Positions 9,384-19,324 of a stretch of DNA of 64,000 nt are shown in pieces; the stretch's first letter is position 1, and every line of letters starts with the position of its first letter. The position numbers were made by a program, and so were the translations under genes. The notes beneath the pieces are model-generated. The model was not told the DNA's origin and searched no databases. It worked only from the letters and a program-made list of their open reading frames with translations. Source of the DNA: an uncultured Micavibrio sp. (lineage in GTDB: Bacteria; Pseudomonadota; Alphaproteobacteria; Micavibrionales; Micavibrionaceae); assembly GCA_965231165.1 (NCBI GenBank), contig OZ246421.1:2300755-2364754 (forward strand). Direction: 5' to 3'.

Positions 9384-10250
9384 ATGGCTGAATCCAATAT
9401 TATCCAAAGAGAACTCGTCGATATACTGGCTGCCCGTATCCTCTATGCCGATCAAGCCCCCTTGATTTCGTTAGGAAAATTACCGCCTTACAACGATCTG
9501 ACAGATTCTGAGGGTAATTCTTTGGGCGCGGCCGGGGTTTATTTGGGCGATTTTCATACAATTTTGGGAGAGTATTTAGATGCTCTTGATCCTGCATGTG
9601 TCCTGAAACGTGCAATTTTTGATCCTGATGCAATTGCACGCGTTGATCCCATTATGGCGCAGAAGGTTGAGTCTTTGAATGAAGCGCGGCAAAAATCAGG
9701 AGCAGGCGTTGATTTTGCTGCAAATTTTAAAGAGGTTGTTGATGCCGCCATTGAGGCGGGTAAGGACGCGGCGGTGGTGGCTAAAGACGTTGATGAAGGC
9801 GATATTACAGACATTATTTCGTCCAATCCTGAGGCATGGCAGCTATCTGAGAATTTTGATGAACTTAACATGCTGGAAGCAACGAAAGTCCTGAAAGTTA
9901 TAGACCAACTCCCTGTTCTGAAATTGTCGGCATCTTTTCCTGATAACCGTGCTATTCCTGATTCTTTGCTGATACCTGCGGATTGTGATGAATCCGATAT
10001 TCAGAAAGTGGTTAGCGACCTGCGCCTTATAAACAAATGCTATTATGAAACGTACGCTGAATCAAACGCCGAAGATGAGGAAGATGAACCCGGGTATATA
10101 GCTGGTTTTAATGCCGCATATATCTGGGTAGAGCAGGCGCTCTCTGAGCTGGAGACGGCGAAGCCCAACACTATGTTTAGTGTTAAACCTAAGCCTCCGG
10201 TTACTTTATCGGGAAGTCCTTCACCGTCACCATCTTGCAGGCTGAATTAA
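9384..10250 (+). CDS. hypothetical highly acidic protein (288 aa), low-GC gene
   Basis: AGGGGG RBS upstream. Asp/Glu-rich with a C-terminal SPSPSPS tail. Visibly lower GC than its neighbours. Confidence 0.6.
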   Translation: MAESNIIQRELVDILAARILYADQAPLISLGKLPPYNDLTDSEGNSLGAAGVYLGDFHTILGEYLDALDPACVLKRAIFDPDAIARVDPIMAQKVESLNEARQKSGAGVDFAANFKEVVDAAIEAGKDAAVVAKDVDEGDITDIISSNPEAWQLSENFDELNMLEATKVLKVIDQLPVLKLSASFPDNRAIPDSLLIPADCDESDIQKVVSDLRLINKCYYETYAESNAEDEEDEPGYIAGFNAAYIWVEQALSELETAKPNTMFSVKPKPPVTLSGSPSPSPSCRLN

Positions 10251-10266
10251 TTTTTCACCGGAGAGC

Positions 10267-12798
10267 TTAAACAATAAAATTCACCAACTTCTCCGGCACG
10301 AAGATCACCTTTTTGATGTTCTGGCCTTCGAGTTTTTCGGCGATGTTGGGGAGTTCGCTGGCGAGTTTTTTGACTTCGGCTTCGCCTTGGCTGCGGTTCA
10401 CCTGAATCTCGGCGCGTTTTTTACCGTTGATATGCACGGTGATCAGGACGCTGTCGGATTGCAGCCAGTGGGGGTCGTATGACGGCCACTGGGCGTAGGC
10501 GAGGCTTTCGGCATGGCCCAGACGGCTCCAGAGTTCTTCGGCCATGTGCGGGGCGAACGGGGCCAGTACCAGCACAAATTTCTCGGCGATTTCTTTAGGC
10601 AGTTTGTCTTGCTTCTTGCTGAGGTTGACGAATTCCATCATTTTCGCGATGGAGGTGTTGAAACGCAGGTTTTCGATGTCCTCCGTCACTTTCTTGACCG
10701 TGATGTTAATCTCGCGGCGCAGGTCGTCGGTGGCGGTGTCTTCCTTATCATCGGTGATGAAGTCGGCGAGTTTTCCGGTTTCAAGATTGATCAGCAACGA
10801 CCAGGCGCGCTCCAGGAAACCATGGACGCCTTTGACGCCGCTGGTCTGCCACGGTTTCACCGCTTCGAGCGGGCCCATGAACATTTCATAGAGGCGAAGC
10901 GAGTCCGCGCCGAATTCCGCCACCACGTCATCGGGGTTGACGACGTTGAGTTTGGATTTCGACATTTTTTCTTCGCGGGCGGTAAGCGGCGTTTCGGTGC
11001 CCTTCACGAACGGTTTGCTGTCGCGGTATTCGACATCATAGGGGCCGTAGAATTTGCCTTTGTCGTCGCGGTGGCTGATGCCGAGGATCATGCCCTGATT
11101 GAAGAGTTTCTTGAAAGGCTCCTTGGTGTGCACCAGTTTGCAATCGTACAAAACCTTGTGCCAGAAGCGGGCATAAAGCAAATGCAGAACCGCATGTTCG
11201 ACACCGCCGACATAAAGATCAACCGGGCCCCAATATTGTTCGGCTTTGGGATCGAACGGCATCTGGTCGTTGGTGGGGTCCATATAGCGCAAATAATACC
11301 AGCAGGAACCCGCCCATTGCGGCATGGTGTTGGTTTCGCGGAGCAATGTTTCCCCGTCCATCTCGACCTTCATCCAGTCGGTGGCGCGGGCGAGCGGCGG
11401 TTCGCCGGTGTCGGTCGGTTTATATTCGGTTAGTTCCGGCAGTGTGATCGGCAGTTGATCGTAAGCCACAGGAAGGATCGCGCCGGTTTTTTCATTATGC
11501 AGGATCGGGAACGGTTCGCCCCAGTAACGCTGGCGCGAGAACAGCCAGTCACGCAGTTTGTAGGTGGTCTGGCCTTCGCCGACTTTTTTATCTTCCAGCC
11601 ATTTGATCATTTTGGCTTTGGCTTGCGCTGTGGGCATGCCGTCAAGGAAGCCTGAATTGATGGCCACGCCTTCTTCGCCATACGCGGCTTCGGCGATGTT
11701 GCCGCCTTTGACCACTTCGATAATAGGTAGCTTAAAGACCTTGGCGAATTCATAATCGCGTTCGTCATGGCCGGGGACGGACATGATCGCGCCGGAGCCG
11801 TAATCGGCCTTGACGTAATCGGCGATCCAGATCGGGGTTTTCGCGTTGTTCACAGGGTTGATCGCGTAGGCACCGGTGAAGACACCGGTTTTTTCCTTGG
11901 CGGCGGCGAGATCGCGGTCGAGGTCGCTGGTGTTTTTGACTTTCTCGATATAGGCGTCAATCGCTGCGCGTTGTGCGGCTGTGGTGATTTCCTGCACCAG
12001 CGGATGTTCGGGAGCCAGTACGCAGAAGGTCGCGCCGAACAAGGTGTCGGGGCGCGTTGTAAACACTTCAAATGTCTTGTCCGCGCCATCGATACCGAAG
12101 GTGACACGCGCGCCGACCGATTTACCGATCCACTGGCGCTGCATCTCGATAATGCCCGCGGGCCAGTCAAGCTCGTCGAGATCGACGAGCAGGCGTTCGG
12201 CGTAGGCGGTGATCTTCAGCATCCATTGACGCATCATGCGGCGTTCGACCGGATCGCCTGTCTCTACATACTTGCCGTCCTGCACTTCTTCGTTGGCCAG
12301 CACGGTGCCTTGTGCCGGGCACCAGTTCACGGGGACTTCGGCGAGATAGGCGAGGCCTTGCTCATAAAGCTTCAGGAAAATCCATTGCGTCCAGCGGTAA
12401 TATTCGACGCTGCTGGTATCAACCTCGCGCTTCCAGTCATAGGACAGGCCGAGGCGTTTGATCTGCTTGCGGAAGTTGGTGACGTTTTCCTTGGTGATGA
12501 TGGCGGGGTGGCGGCCTTCGCGCACGGCGGCGCGTTCGGCGGGCAGGCCAAAGGCGTCCCAGCCCATCGGGTGCAGGACGTTGAAGCCGTTCATACGCTT
12601 GTAACGGGCGATGATGTCGGTGGCGGTGTAACCCTCCGGGTGACCCACATGCAGGCCTGCGCCCGAGGGGTACGGGAACATGTCGAGCACGTAATATTTC
12701 GGTTTGCTGTAATCGTTCGTCACGCTGAAGGTGGCGTTGTCCTCCCAGTGCTTTTGCCATTTGGGTTCGATTGCCGACGGATCGTATTTCGCGCTCAT
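10267..12798 (-). CDS. leuS: leucine--tRNA ligase
   Basis: 843 aa with an HVGHPEGY (HIGH) motif, a KMSKS motif and a typical LeuS N-terminus ([15 protein letters not shown]). Confidence 0.97.
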   Translation of the reverse strand: MSAKYDPSAIEPKWQKHWEDNATFSVTNDYSKPKYYVLDMFPYPSGAGLHVGHPEGYTATDIIARYKRMNGFNVLHPMGWDAFGLPAERAAVREGRHPAIITKENVTNFRKQIKRLGLSYDWKREVDTSSVEYYRWTQWIFLKLYEQGLAYLAEVPVNWCPAQGTVLANEEVQDGKYVETGDPVERRMMRQWMLKITAYAERLLVDLDELDWPAGIIEMQRQWIGKSVGARVTFGIDGADKTFEVFTTRPDTLFGATFCVLAPEHPLVQEITTAAQRAAIDAYIEKVKNTSDLDRDLAAAKEKTGVFTGAYAINPVNNAKTPIWIADYVKADYGSGAIMSVPGHDERDYEFAKVFKLPIIEVVKGGNIAEAAYGEEGVAINSGFLDGMPTAQAKAKMIKWLEDKKVGEGQTTYKLRDWLFSRQRYWGEPFPILHNEKTGAILPVAYDQLPITLPELTEYKPTDTGEPPLARATDWMKVEMDGETLLRETNTMPQWAGSCWYYLRYMDPTNDQMPFDPKAEQYWGPVDLYVGGVEHAVLHLLYARFWHKVLYDCKLVHTKEPFKKLFNQGMILGISHRDDKGKFYGPYDVEYRDSKPFVKGTETPLTAREEKMSKSKLNVVNPDDVVAEFGADSLRLYEMFMGPLEAVKPWQTSGVKGVHGFLERAWSLLINLETGKLADFITDDKEDTATDDLRREINITVKKVTEDIENLRFNTSIAKMMEFVNLSKKQDKLPKEIAEKFVLVLAPFAPHMAEELWSRLGHAESLAYAQWPSYDPHWLQSDSVLITVHINGKKRAEIQVNRSQGEAEVKKLASELPNIAEKLEGQNIKKVIFVPEKLVNFIV

Positions 12799-12991
12799 GT
12801 CTTGCTCGGAATTGTTGTGTGGTTATAAGGGATTATGAATAGCACAGGCATCCTTGAAAATCACAGGGTTGTTTGCTGTTTTGTATTTACATATTTTATA
12901 AAAAAGGGAGAAAAGGCTTTGCGATCCGGTGATGTTTTGTCACAGTAACCACACGCCTGATTCAACCCCGCTTTTGGAGATTATTCCCGCG

Positions 12992-14707
12992 ATGGCCGTT
13001 CCTCACGACCTTCCTCTGCTTTCGACGATTGCCGTGGGCATGAGCCTTGCCTTTGTGCTGGGGCTGACGGCGGTGAAGCTGCGGGTGCCGCCGATTGTCG
13101 GTTACCTGCTGGCCGGGGTGATCATGGGGCCGTTTACGCCGGGTTATGTCGCCGATCTGCATCTGGCGGAGCAGCTCTCGGAAATTGGGATTGTGCTGCT
13201 GATGTTCGGGGTGGGTCTGCATTTCTCGCTCAAGGACTTGATGGAGGTGCGGCGCATCGCGCTGCCCGGGGCGGTGGTGCAGATAGGTGTGGCGATGGCG
13301 ATGGGGGCGGGCCTGACCCATTTCTGGGGCTGGTCGCTGGCCAGCGGTCTGATGTTCGGGCTGGCGCTTTCGGTGGCTTCGACCGTGGTGCTGCTGCGTT
13401 CGCTTGAGGAACATAACCTGATCCAGACCAATGACGGGCGCATCGCGATTGGTTGGCTGATTGTTGAAGACCTTGTAATGGTGCTGGCGCTGGTGCTGAT
13501 TCCGGCGTTGGCGGTCACTTATGGCGCGCCTGCTGAAGGGGCCGAGGCCGTTGTTCATGCGCCGTTGTGGCAGACGATGGGTATCGCCATCGGCAAGGTG
13601 ATTGTTTTCGTGCTGGTGATGCTGGTGATCGGTAAGCGTGTATTGCCGTGGCTGCTGACGACGGTAGCGCGGACACGGTCGCGCGAGTTGTTTACCCTGG
13701 CGGTGTTCGGAATGGCGCTCGGGGTGGCGTTCGGGGCATCGAAAATGTTCGGCGTTTCCTTTGCGCTGGGTGCGTTTTTTGCCGGGATGATGATCCGCGA
13801 ATCCGACCTGAACCACGAAGTCGCCGACCGTGCCCTGCCGTTTCAGGATGCGTTTGCGGTTTTGTTCTTCGTGGCCGTCGGCATGCTTTTCAATCCCTCC
13901 ATTTTGTGGGAACAGCCGTTGAATGTGGCGCTGGTGGTGGCGATCATTATGATCGGTAAATCACTGGCGGCATTCCTGATTGTCCTGTTGTTCGGCTATC
14001 CGCTAAAAACAGGGTTGCTGGTGTCGGCGGGTCTGGCACAGATCGGTGAGTTTTCCTTCATTCTGGTGACGCTTGGCATGTCCTATGGCTTGTTGCCGGA
14101 GGCGGGGCGTGATCTGATTTTGGCGGGCGCGATGATTTCGATTGCGCTCAATCCGCTGACCTTCTATTTCTCGCGTCATATTTATGAGTATGTCGGGCGG
14201 CAGCCGAAACTTTCCGGAATTTTTAATATGCGCGATAATAATCTGGCCTGTCTGCGCGCCGATGAAAAACTGGTGTTGCGCGATCTGGTGATCCTTGTCG
14301 GCTATGGCCGCGTGGGGCGGCATATCTGTGAAAATATTCAGGATGCACATATCGATCTTGTCGTCGTCGATCAGAACCGTGAACGTGTGGAGGCGTTGCG
14401 CGAAAACGGATTCCATGCAATTGCCGGGGATGCGAGTTATCCGGACGTTTTGCGGGAAGCGGCGATTGAAAAAGCCAAGGCGGTGGTGATTACTGTGCCC
14501 GATCCGTTCGAGACGAGACGTATCCTTGAGACTGCGCGCGAGATTAAACCGGACATCAAAGTGCTGGTGCGCGCCCATAATGATGAGGAATTGAGTTACT
14601 TCATGGAGCAAAACGTCAATCTGGCCTTGACCGGCCCACGTGAAATTGGCCGCCGGATGGTTGAGTACCTGTTTGCCATGAAAAACCCTGTAACGGATAC
14701 GCACTGA
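12992..14707 (+). CDS. ybaL: CPA2 monovalent cation:proton antiporter with C-terminal TrkA-N/RCK domain (YbaL/KefB-like)
   Basis: Close resemblance to E. coli YbaL (LRVPPIVGYLLAGVIMGPFTPGYVAD..., IGWLIVEDLVMVL). Carries a GYGRVG NAD-binding motif. I chose ATG 12992 (MAVPHDLPLL) as the start. Confidence 0.85.
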   Translation: MAVPHDLPLLSTIAVGMSLAFVLGLTAVKLRVPPIVGYLLAGVIMGPFTPGYVADLHLAEQLSEIGIVLLMFGVGLHFSLKDLMEVRRIALPGAVVQIGVAMAMGAGLTHFWGWSLASGLMFGLALSVASTVVLLRSLEEHNLIQTNDGRIAIGWLIVEDLVMVLALVLIPALAVTYGAPAEGAEAVVHAPLWQTMGIAIGKVIVFVLVMLVIGKRVLPWLLTTVARTRSRELFTLAVFGMALGVAFGASKMFGVSFALGAFFAGMMIRESDLNHEVADRALPFQDAFAVLFFVAVGMLFNPSILWEQPLNVALVVAIIMIGKSLAAFLIVLLFGYPLKTGLLVSAGLAQIGEFSFILVTLGMSYGLLPEAGRDLILAGAMISIALNPLTFYFSRHIYEYVGRQPKLSGIFNMRDNNLACLRADEKLVLRDLVILVGYGRVGRHICENIQDAHIDLVVVDQNRERVEALRENGFHAIAGDASYPDVLREAAIEKAKAVVITVPDPFETRRILETAREIKPDIKVLVRAHNDEELSYFMEQNVNLALTGPREIGRRMVEYLFAMKNPVTDTH

Positions 14708-14714
14708 TAATCAC

Positions 14715-16037
14715 ATGATCTCTATAGGTATTATCGGCGGTGGATTCGCGGGATTGTCGACGCTGGCGGCGCTGGTGCGGCATGCACGTGAGCCGATTCA
14801 TATCACGATTTACAATCCTGATGCGGCGCTGGGGCGCGGCAAGGCCTATAGTACGCAAGACCCGCTTCATTTGCTGAATGTGCGCGCCGGGGCCATGGGT
14901 GCCCATGCGGGACAAGACGATGATTTTTTCGCCTGGCTGATGGAAAACAAAATAGATTTTCAGGCTTCCGATTTCGCGCCCCGTGCTTTGTATGGCCGCT
15001 ATCTCGATCATGTGCTGGCGGAAACGCTGGTGCAGGCGCAGAAGAAAGATATTCGTATTTTTGCCGTCCATGAAAAAGTTGCCGATGTCACGGATGCCGA
15101 CGGCAAGCTGGCGGTAAAAACGATTGTCGAAACCAAGATACATGACGGCGTTATTCTGGCTTGCGGTAATGACAGGCCACGTTTGCCGGTTCTGGGCGAT
15201 AAAGTGGCCAGTCATGCGGGTTGGTGGCGTCATCCTTATCTGATGGAACGCTGGCCGGATATTCGTCATGCGGGCCATGTGGTCATTATCGGTAGCGGCC
15301 TGAGCATGGTCGATGCGCTGGTGACCTTGCGGCGTGAGAAATATGACGGCGATATTACGGTGGTGTCCAGCCATGGCCGTCATCCGCTTTCGCATCCTGA
15401 GACCGGGACGCCGTTTACGTGGGATGAAGCCACAGCGCTGGCGATCAAACGGCCTTCGCAGTTGCTGCATCAATTGCGGCGTCAGGTGGCCGAGTCGGAT
15501 GCTGACTGGCGCGATGTGCTGGACGGGTTGCGGCCCTATGCGAACCGGATATGGCGCGGCTTTTCCCCTCAGGACCGTCTGCGCGCGCAGCGTTACATGT
15601 CGTTGTGGAATATTTTCCGCCACCGCATTCCGGCGGCGATGCACGATCTGATCCGCGATCTTGAAAAACAGGGGCAGTTGCGCCGGACGGCGGGTCGCGT
15701 CAGCAAGATCGAGGCGATGGGCAGTTCGCTGAACGTTTATACCAGCGCGGGCGTCAAGGAAGGCCAGATCGTGATCAACTGCATGGGTTACGATTACCGG
15801 GTTACGCCTGACGACAAAGGGCTGCTGGCGGGGCTGGTGCGTTCCGGCATGGTGACGCTGGCCGAAGCATATCCGCAGCCGGTGGATGGTGATACGTTGC
15901 GGCTGCACGGCCAGCATGCACTTTATGCGGTGGGACCGCTGTTGCAGGGCTATTTCATCGAAAGCACCGCCGTCCGCGAGATCCGGCAGCAGGCGGATAA
16001 GGCAGCGGTTGGCTTGCTGCAGGCGCTTTCAGCCTAA
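14715..16037 (+). CDS. FAD/NAD(P)-binding domain protein, function unknown
   Basis: N-terminal IGIIGGGFAG dinucleotide-binding motif and a second GSGLSMVD motif. 440 aa. Confidence 0.7.
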   Translation: MISIGIIGGGFAGLSTLAALVRHAREPIHITIYNPDAALGRGKAYSTQDPLHLLNVRAGAMGAHAGQDDDFFAWLMENKIDFQASDFAPRALYGRYLDHVLAETLVQAQKKDIRIFAVHEKVADVTDADGKLAVKTIVETKIHDGVILACGNDRPRLPVLGDKVASHAGWWRHPYLMERWPDIRHAGHVVIIGSGLSMVDALVTLRREKYDGDITVVSSHGRHPLSHPETGTPFTWDEATALAIKRPSQLLHQLRRQVAESDADWRDVLDGLRPYANRIWRGFSPQDRLRAQRYMSLWNIFRHRIPAAMHDLIRDLEKQGQLRRTAGRVSKIEAMGSSLNVYTSAGVKEGQIVINCMGYDYRVTPDDKGLLAGLVRSGMVTLAEAYPQPVDGDTLRLHGQHALYAVGPLLQGYFIESTAVREIRQQADKAAVGLLQALSA

Positions 16038-16094
16038 ATTTGTAAAATCCGGTGAAATATGGCAAACATCCTCTTCCGAAGAAGGGGACGTCTT

Positions 16095-17042
16095 ATGAAC
16101 CGTGATTATATTGAGCAGCGTCAGGCTGCGCTGACCCAGCTTTGCCGCATGATCGAGACGACCGATTATGCGCCGTGGGACATCGCCATGCAGCACGATT
16201 CTGCCAGTGCCGGACGGATTACAGGCCATTGCTTTGATTCCGCGCGCCAAATGTCGGCTGTCCTGCTCGATGCTTTCTGGCAGTTGCGCGAAGGGAAAGA
16301 CCTGCAAAGTTTTTGCAATCCGCAGGCCATCCCCGGTTATGAACGCCCCGCCTTTCCTGATAATGCTGCCGGGGGCCGTGCTTCGGCGCTGGAAGATGCT
16401 GCGTTGCTGATTACCGCGATGGATACGCGTCCTTTTATCAGTTTCGTGTCCGGCGATGTTCAGAAAGATGTCGGCGGGTTTTTAAACGGCCATCTTCATA
16501 ACTGGCTGTTGCAGGTGCAAAAGCAATGGCGTTCTGCGGGTGCCGGTGTGCGCTCGGCGATACTGGATGGCACCGTGCCCAAGCGCGAACCGGAGAAGGC
16601 CACATTCAAGACGATGTTTCTGGTGTTGCGTGAGTGTTTTGCCATCGGGGAGCCGCGCCCTTCGCCGCTGATTAATCAGGCCGCGCAGAAATTTGCCGCC
16701 CAATATACGGCTAAATGCTGGCCGCTCAGTACACAGCCGGTCATGCCGGAAACGAAAGGCGCTTGCGTTCTCCGTCATGTATCGACTGAATTTCAGGAAT
16801 GGTATTTTGGTTGCGGCAAAACGCAAATTGACCGCGCCGATCCGCAGGCCGCGCATAAGGCTGAAGATGTTTTTGTGAATTTGCGTGAAGAATTCCACAA
16901 GCGCAGTCGTGCTTGCGGTGTCGATCAGGATGCGCCGTGTCCCGGCACCTGCGTTCAGGATTCTTTCGATGCGTTGCCGGATGATGCTTACAAGCAGAAA
17001 TGCCGTATCGCGGTCGATACGATCATCGTGCGCATAAAATAA
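16095..17042 (+). CDS. hypothetical Cys-containing protein (about 315 aa)
   Basis: Long ORF with ATG at 16095 (MNRDYIEQ...). No family recognised. Confidence 0.5.
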   Translation: MNRDYIEQRQAALTQLCRMIETTDYAPWDIAMQHDSASAGRITGHCFDSARQMSAVLLDAFWQLREGKDLQSFCNPQAIPGYERPAFPDNAAGGRASALEDAALLITAMDTRPFISFVSGDVQKDVGGFLNGHLHNWLLQVQKQWRSAGAGVRSAILDGTVPKREPEKATFKTMFLVLRECFAIGEPRPSPLINQAAQKFAAQYTAKCWPLSTQPVMPETKGACVLRHVSTEFQEWYFGCGKTQIDRADPQAAHKAEDVFVNLREEFHKRSRACGVDQDAPCPGTCVQDSFDALPDDAYKQKCRIAVDTIIVRIK

Positions 17043-17048
17043 TAGAGA

Positions 17049-17435
17049 TCAGGCTTTCTTGTCGAAAGCGGCGAGCAGTTCTTCCGTCATGTCCTGCACT
17101 GTTTCAATCACCGACACACTGGCCTTGTAGGCGGTTTTGGCAATCGTCATGTTGACAGCTTCCTCGGCCAGATCGACGTTGGGCGTGTTGACGTAGCCTT
17201 CGTTGTTGGCAAACGGCGAGTCCGGATCGTAGGACGGCGTGAAAGGCTGGGTTTTGGGCACGAAATCGCTGCGCACACCCTGCCCGCCGCCGGATGTATC
17301 GCTCTGGGCGGTTTGCTGGGTTGTGATCGGGGTGTAATCAGCCGTCTGCAGATTGGCAATATTGGAGGCACTCGCCTCGACCTTCTTGCTGGCGGCCTGT
17401 AGCCCGGATAATGCAATCTGGATGGTGTTTATCAT
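17049..17435 (-). CDS. FlgC-like flagellar basal-body rod protein (orphan)
   Basis: N-terminal ALSGLQAASKKVEASASNIAN and C-terminal YDPDSPFANNEGYVNTPNVDLAEEAVNMTIAKTAYKASV match the rod-protein N- and C-terminal signatures. 128 aa. Confidence 0.65.
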   Translation of the reverse strand: MINTIQIALSGLQAASKKVEASASNIANLQTADYTPITTQQTAQSDTSGGGQGVRSDFVPKTQPFTPSYDPDSPFANNEGYVNTPNVDLAEEAVNMTIAKTAYKASVSVIETVQDMTEELLAAFDKKA

Positions 17436-17463
17436 TTTTTCAGGATATCATGCTTAGATTAAT

Positions 17464-17490
17464 ATTGCCTGAAAAATTAGGGCAATTGCC
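17464..17490. promoter_or_regulatory. ATTGCC-N11-GGCAATTGCC inverted repeat in a divergent intergenic region
   Basis: A perfect 10-bp palindrome GGCAATTGCC (17481-17490) plus an upstream ATTGCC half-site, between the flgC-like gene and the secreted-protein gene. Confidence 0.3.
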
Positions 17491-17523
17491 CGCGAATCAA
17501 AGACTTAATCCCGAGGTTACAGC

Positions 17524-18030
17524 ATGTCCAAGACCGTTCGTTTCGTCCTGATGGGGGCCGTTTGTGCCATGATTGCCGGGGCCGTGCCTGCCGCGCAGGC
17601 CCGTGTCACCGGTTCCGGTTCCGGGCCTAAGCCGACGATTTGGGCCTGGTGGCCCAGCCATTGGGACAATCTCGATTTCACCCCCTATATCGATCATCCG
17701 ACCCACAGCCATAACGGCCAGTGGGACCAGGATGATTGGACGCCTGCCGACTGGGCGGCGCAGCGCGGCGGCAAGAATATGAACGTCATCAAGGGTTTTT
17801 ATAAATCCGACATCATCCGCAGCCAGCTTGTCGATGACGATGTTCCCGTGCTCGTCGTTGGCCCGTCTTTCTACATGCTGGGTGGACATGACAAACGCCG
17901 CGTTATGGAAGTGATGGATGATGAATTCAAAATCACCTCCGGCAAGCTTAACGGTATGTTCATGCTGCGCGACTGGCGCACCAAGAAGGATATCGGCAGC
18001 TACACGACCTATGGCTTGCAGCTTGAATAG
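17524..18030 (+). CDS. hypothetical secreted Trp-rich protein (168 aa)
   Basis: Signal peptide MSKTVRFVLMGAVCAMIAGAVPAAQA. No family recognised. Confidence 0.6.
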   Translation: MSKTVRFVLMGAVCAMIAGAVPAAQARVTGSGSGPKPTIWAWWPSHWDNLDFTPYIDHPTHSHNGQWDQDDWTPADWAAQRGGKNMNVIKGFYKSDIIRSQLVDDDVPVLVVGPSFYMLGGHDKRRVMEVMDDEFKITSGKLNGMFMLRDWRTKKDIGSYTTYGLQLE

Positions 18031-18050
18031 GCATTTCTCCGTTTGAAAAA

Positions 18051-18082
18051 GAAAAACCCCGGACCAGTCCGGGGTTTTTCTT
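18051..18082. terminator. bidirectional intrinsic terminator
   Basis: The hairpin CCCCGGAC/GTCCGGGG (18057-18074) is flanked by an A-run and a T-run, between convergent genes. Confidence 0.75.
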
Positions 18083-18094
18083 TAAGCCTTGGTA

Positions 18095-18505
18095 TTAAAT
18101 ATCCGTGCGCTCGCGAGTGGTGATGTCGGCGCTGCCGGAGAGCATTTTATGCACGGGGCATTTATCCGCGATTTCCAGTATGCGCTGGCGTTGTTCGGCG
18201 GTCAGTTGCGGGCCATGGATAACGATCTCGCGGCTGATGTGATCGCGGTCGCCTTGCTTCTCATGGGTGAGGAAGACCTCCATATTGTCCATAGGCCACT
18301 CTTTGCGGTCAACATACATGCGCACGGTGATCGATGTGCAGGAACCCAGTGCGCCTAGTAACAGGCTGACAGGCGTGGCACCGGTGCCATCGCCGCCGAG
18401 GCTGCGCGGTTCATCGGCGGTGACGACATGCGGCCCCGCCTGCATTTTCTGCTGGTATTTGCCTTGTCCGGTGCCGGTGACCGATACCTTGGTGATGCCT
18501 GACAT
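18095..18505 (-). CDS. OsmC family peroxiredoxin-like protein
   Basis: GGDGTGATPVSLLLGALGSCTSITV and CPVHKML are the two conserved Cys regions of OsmC/Ohr. Confidence 0.85.
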   Translation of the reverse strand: MSGITKVSVTGTGQGKYQQKMQAGPHVVTADEPRSLGGDGTGATPVSLLLGALGSCTSITVRMYVDRKEWPMDNMEVFLTHEKQGDRDHISREIVIHGPQLTAEQRQRILEIADKCPVHKMLSGSADITTRERTDI

Positions 18506-18508
18506 GGG

Positions 18509-18934
18509 TTAGTACATCGCTTCGCGGATGGCGTCGGTCAGTTTCAGGAAGTCCTGTGCATCGCCGAGAATTTCATTGCCCGATTTTCCGACGATACGTT
18601 CGCCGGTGCGCACCTGATAGATCGATGCCGTAAAGCCCGTTCTCAGGAAGCCGAAGCTTTCTTCGAATACGCATTCGAAATCGGTTTCCACTTCGAGGAA
18701 GCCATCGGTTTCAATGGTCTTCAGTTTCACATGGCGCATATTGGGGCCTTCGGGCGAAGGCGAGAATTTGGTATCGGCTATGCGCGTGATGGTGCGGCCT
18801 TCGGGGAGCAGGGCGTTTACACCCGCTTCGCAACCCTTGGCCAGTTTGGCATCGGCTTGTTCGCGTGATACGCAGCCGCTTAACAGTATGGCGCAGGCAC
18901 CCAGTATTACGAATGTGTGTAAACGTGTTTTCAT
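18509..18934 (-). CDS. hypothetical lipoprotein (141 aa)
   Basis: I moved the start to ATG 18934 (MKTRLHTFVILGACAILLSGC), which gives a lipobox LSGC. Confidence 0.6.
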   Translation of the reverse strand: MKTRLHTFVILGACAILLSGCVSREQADAKLAKGCEAGVNALLPEGRTITRIADTKFSPSPEGPNMRHVKLKTIETDGFLEVETDFECVFEESFGFLRTGFTASIYQVRTGERIVGKSGNEILGDAQDFLKLTDAIREAMY

Positions 18935-19016
18935 CGATATTCCCCCTCCGGAAAGCAAATGACGTGCTGATTCTAGGGAGTGATGCGGGTGCTGTCCAGT
19001 AGGGTTGGGGTACAAT

Positions 19017-19040
19017 AAAACCCCCGCCTGACGGCGGGGG
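19017..19040 (-). terminator. strong intrinsic terminator read on the minus strand
   Basis: CCCCCGCC-TGAC-GGCGGGGG. On the minus strand the hairpin is followed by TTTTATTGT. Confidence 0.75.
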
Positions 19041-19324
19041 AGGATTTTACTTACAACCAGTCTAGATTTGCATTTCTCTCTTTATACCCTCTGGTACGCT
19101 TTGTTCGTTTAAGGATGTATCCGTTCTGCTCAACGCTCATCCCTTTTGTTATGTTTATTGTCTTTCACACTCTATTGCGGAGGCTTTACCGCCCTTTGTC
19201 CGCGTCCTATGATCCCAACCTAGAAATAAATGATCACTTTGGCAATATAAAATGTAACTAAATTACAAAATAGAAAGATTATTTCTTATTATATTTCGTC
19301 TAATTGACAGAGGCCGCAGAAAGC

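Noticed and set aside
10513-12828. Long plus-strand ORFs (306 aa at 10513-11433 and 353 aa at 11767-12828) inside the leuS region
   Set aside because: They are antisense to an unmistakable LeuS reading frame. Their translations are Gly/Arg/Val/Phe-rich with no motifs. These are typical shadow ORFs in GC-rich DNA.
12962-13816. 284-aa minus-strand ORF
   Set aside because: It is antisense to the YbaL antiporter. The translation is an Arg/His/Gln/Pro-rich low-complexity string.
14616-15917. 433-aa minus-strand ORF
   Set aside because: It is antisense to the FAD/NAD(P)-binding gene, which has a clear GGGFAG motif and an RBS. The translation is Arg/His-rich with no start context.
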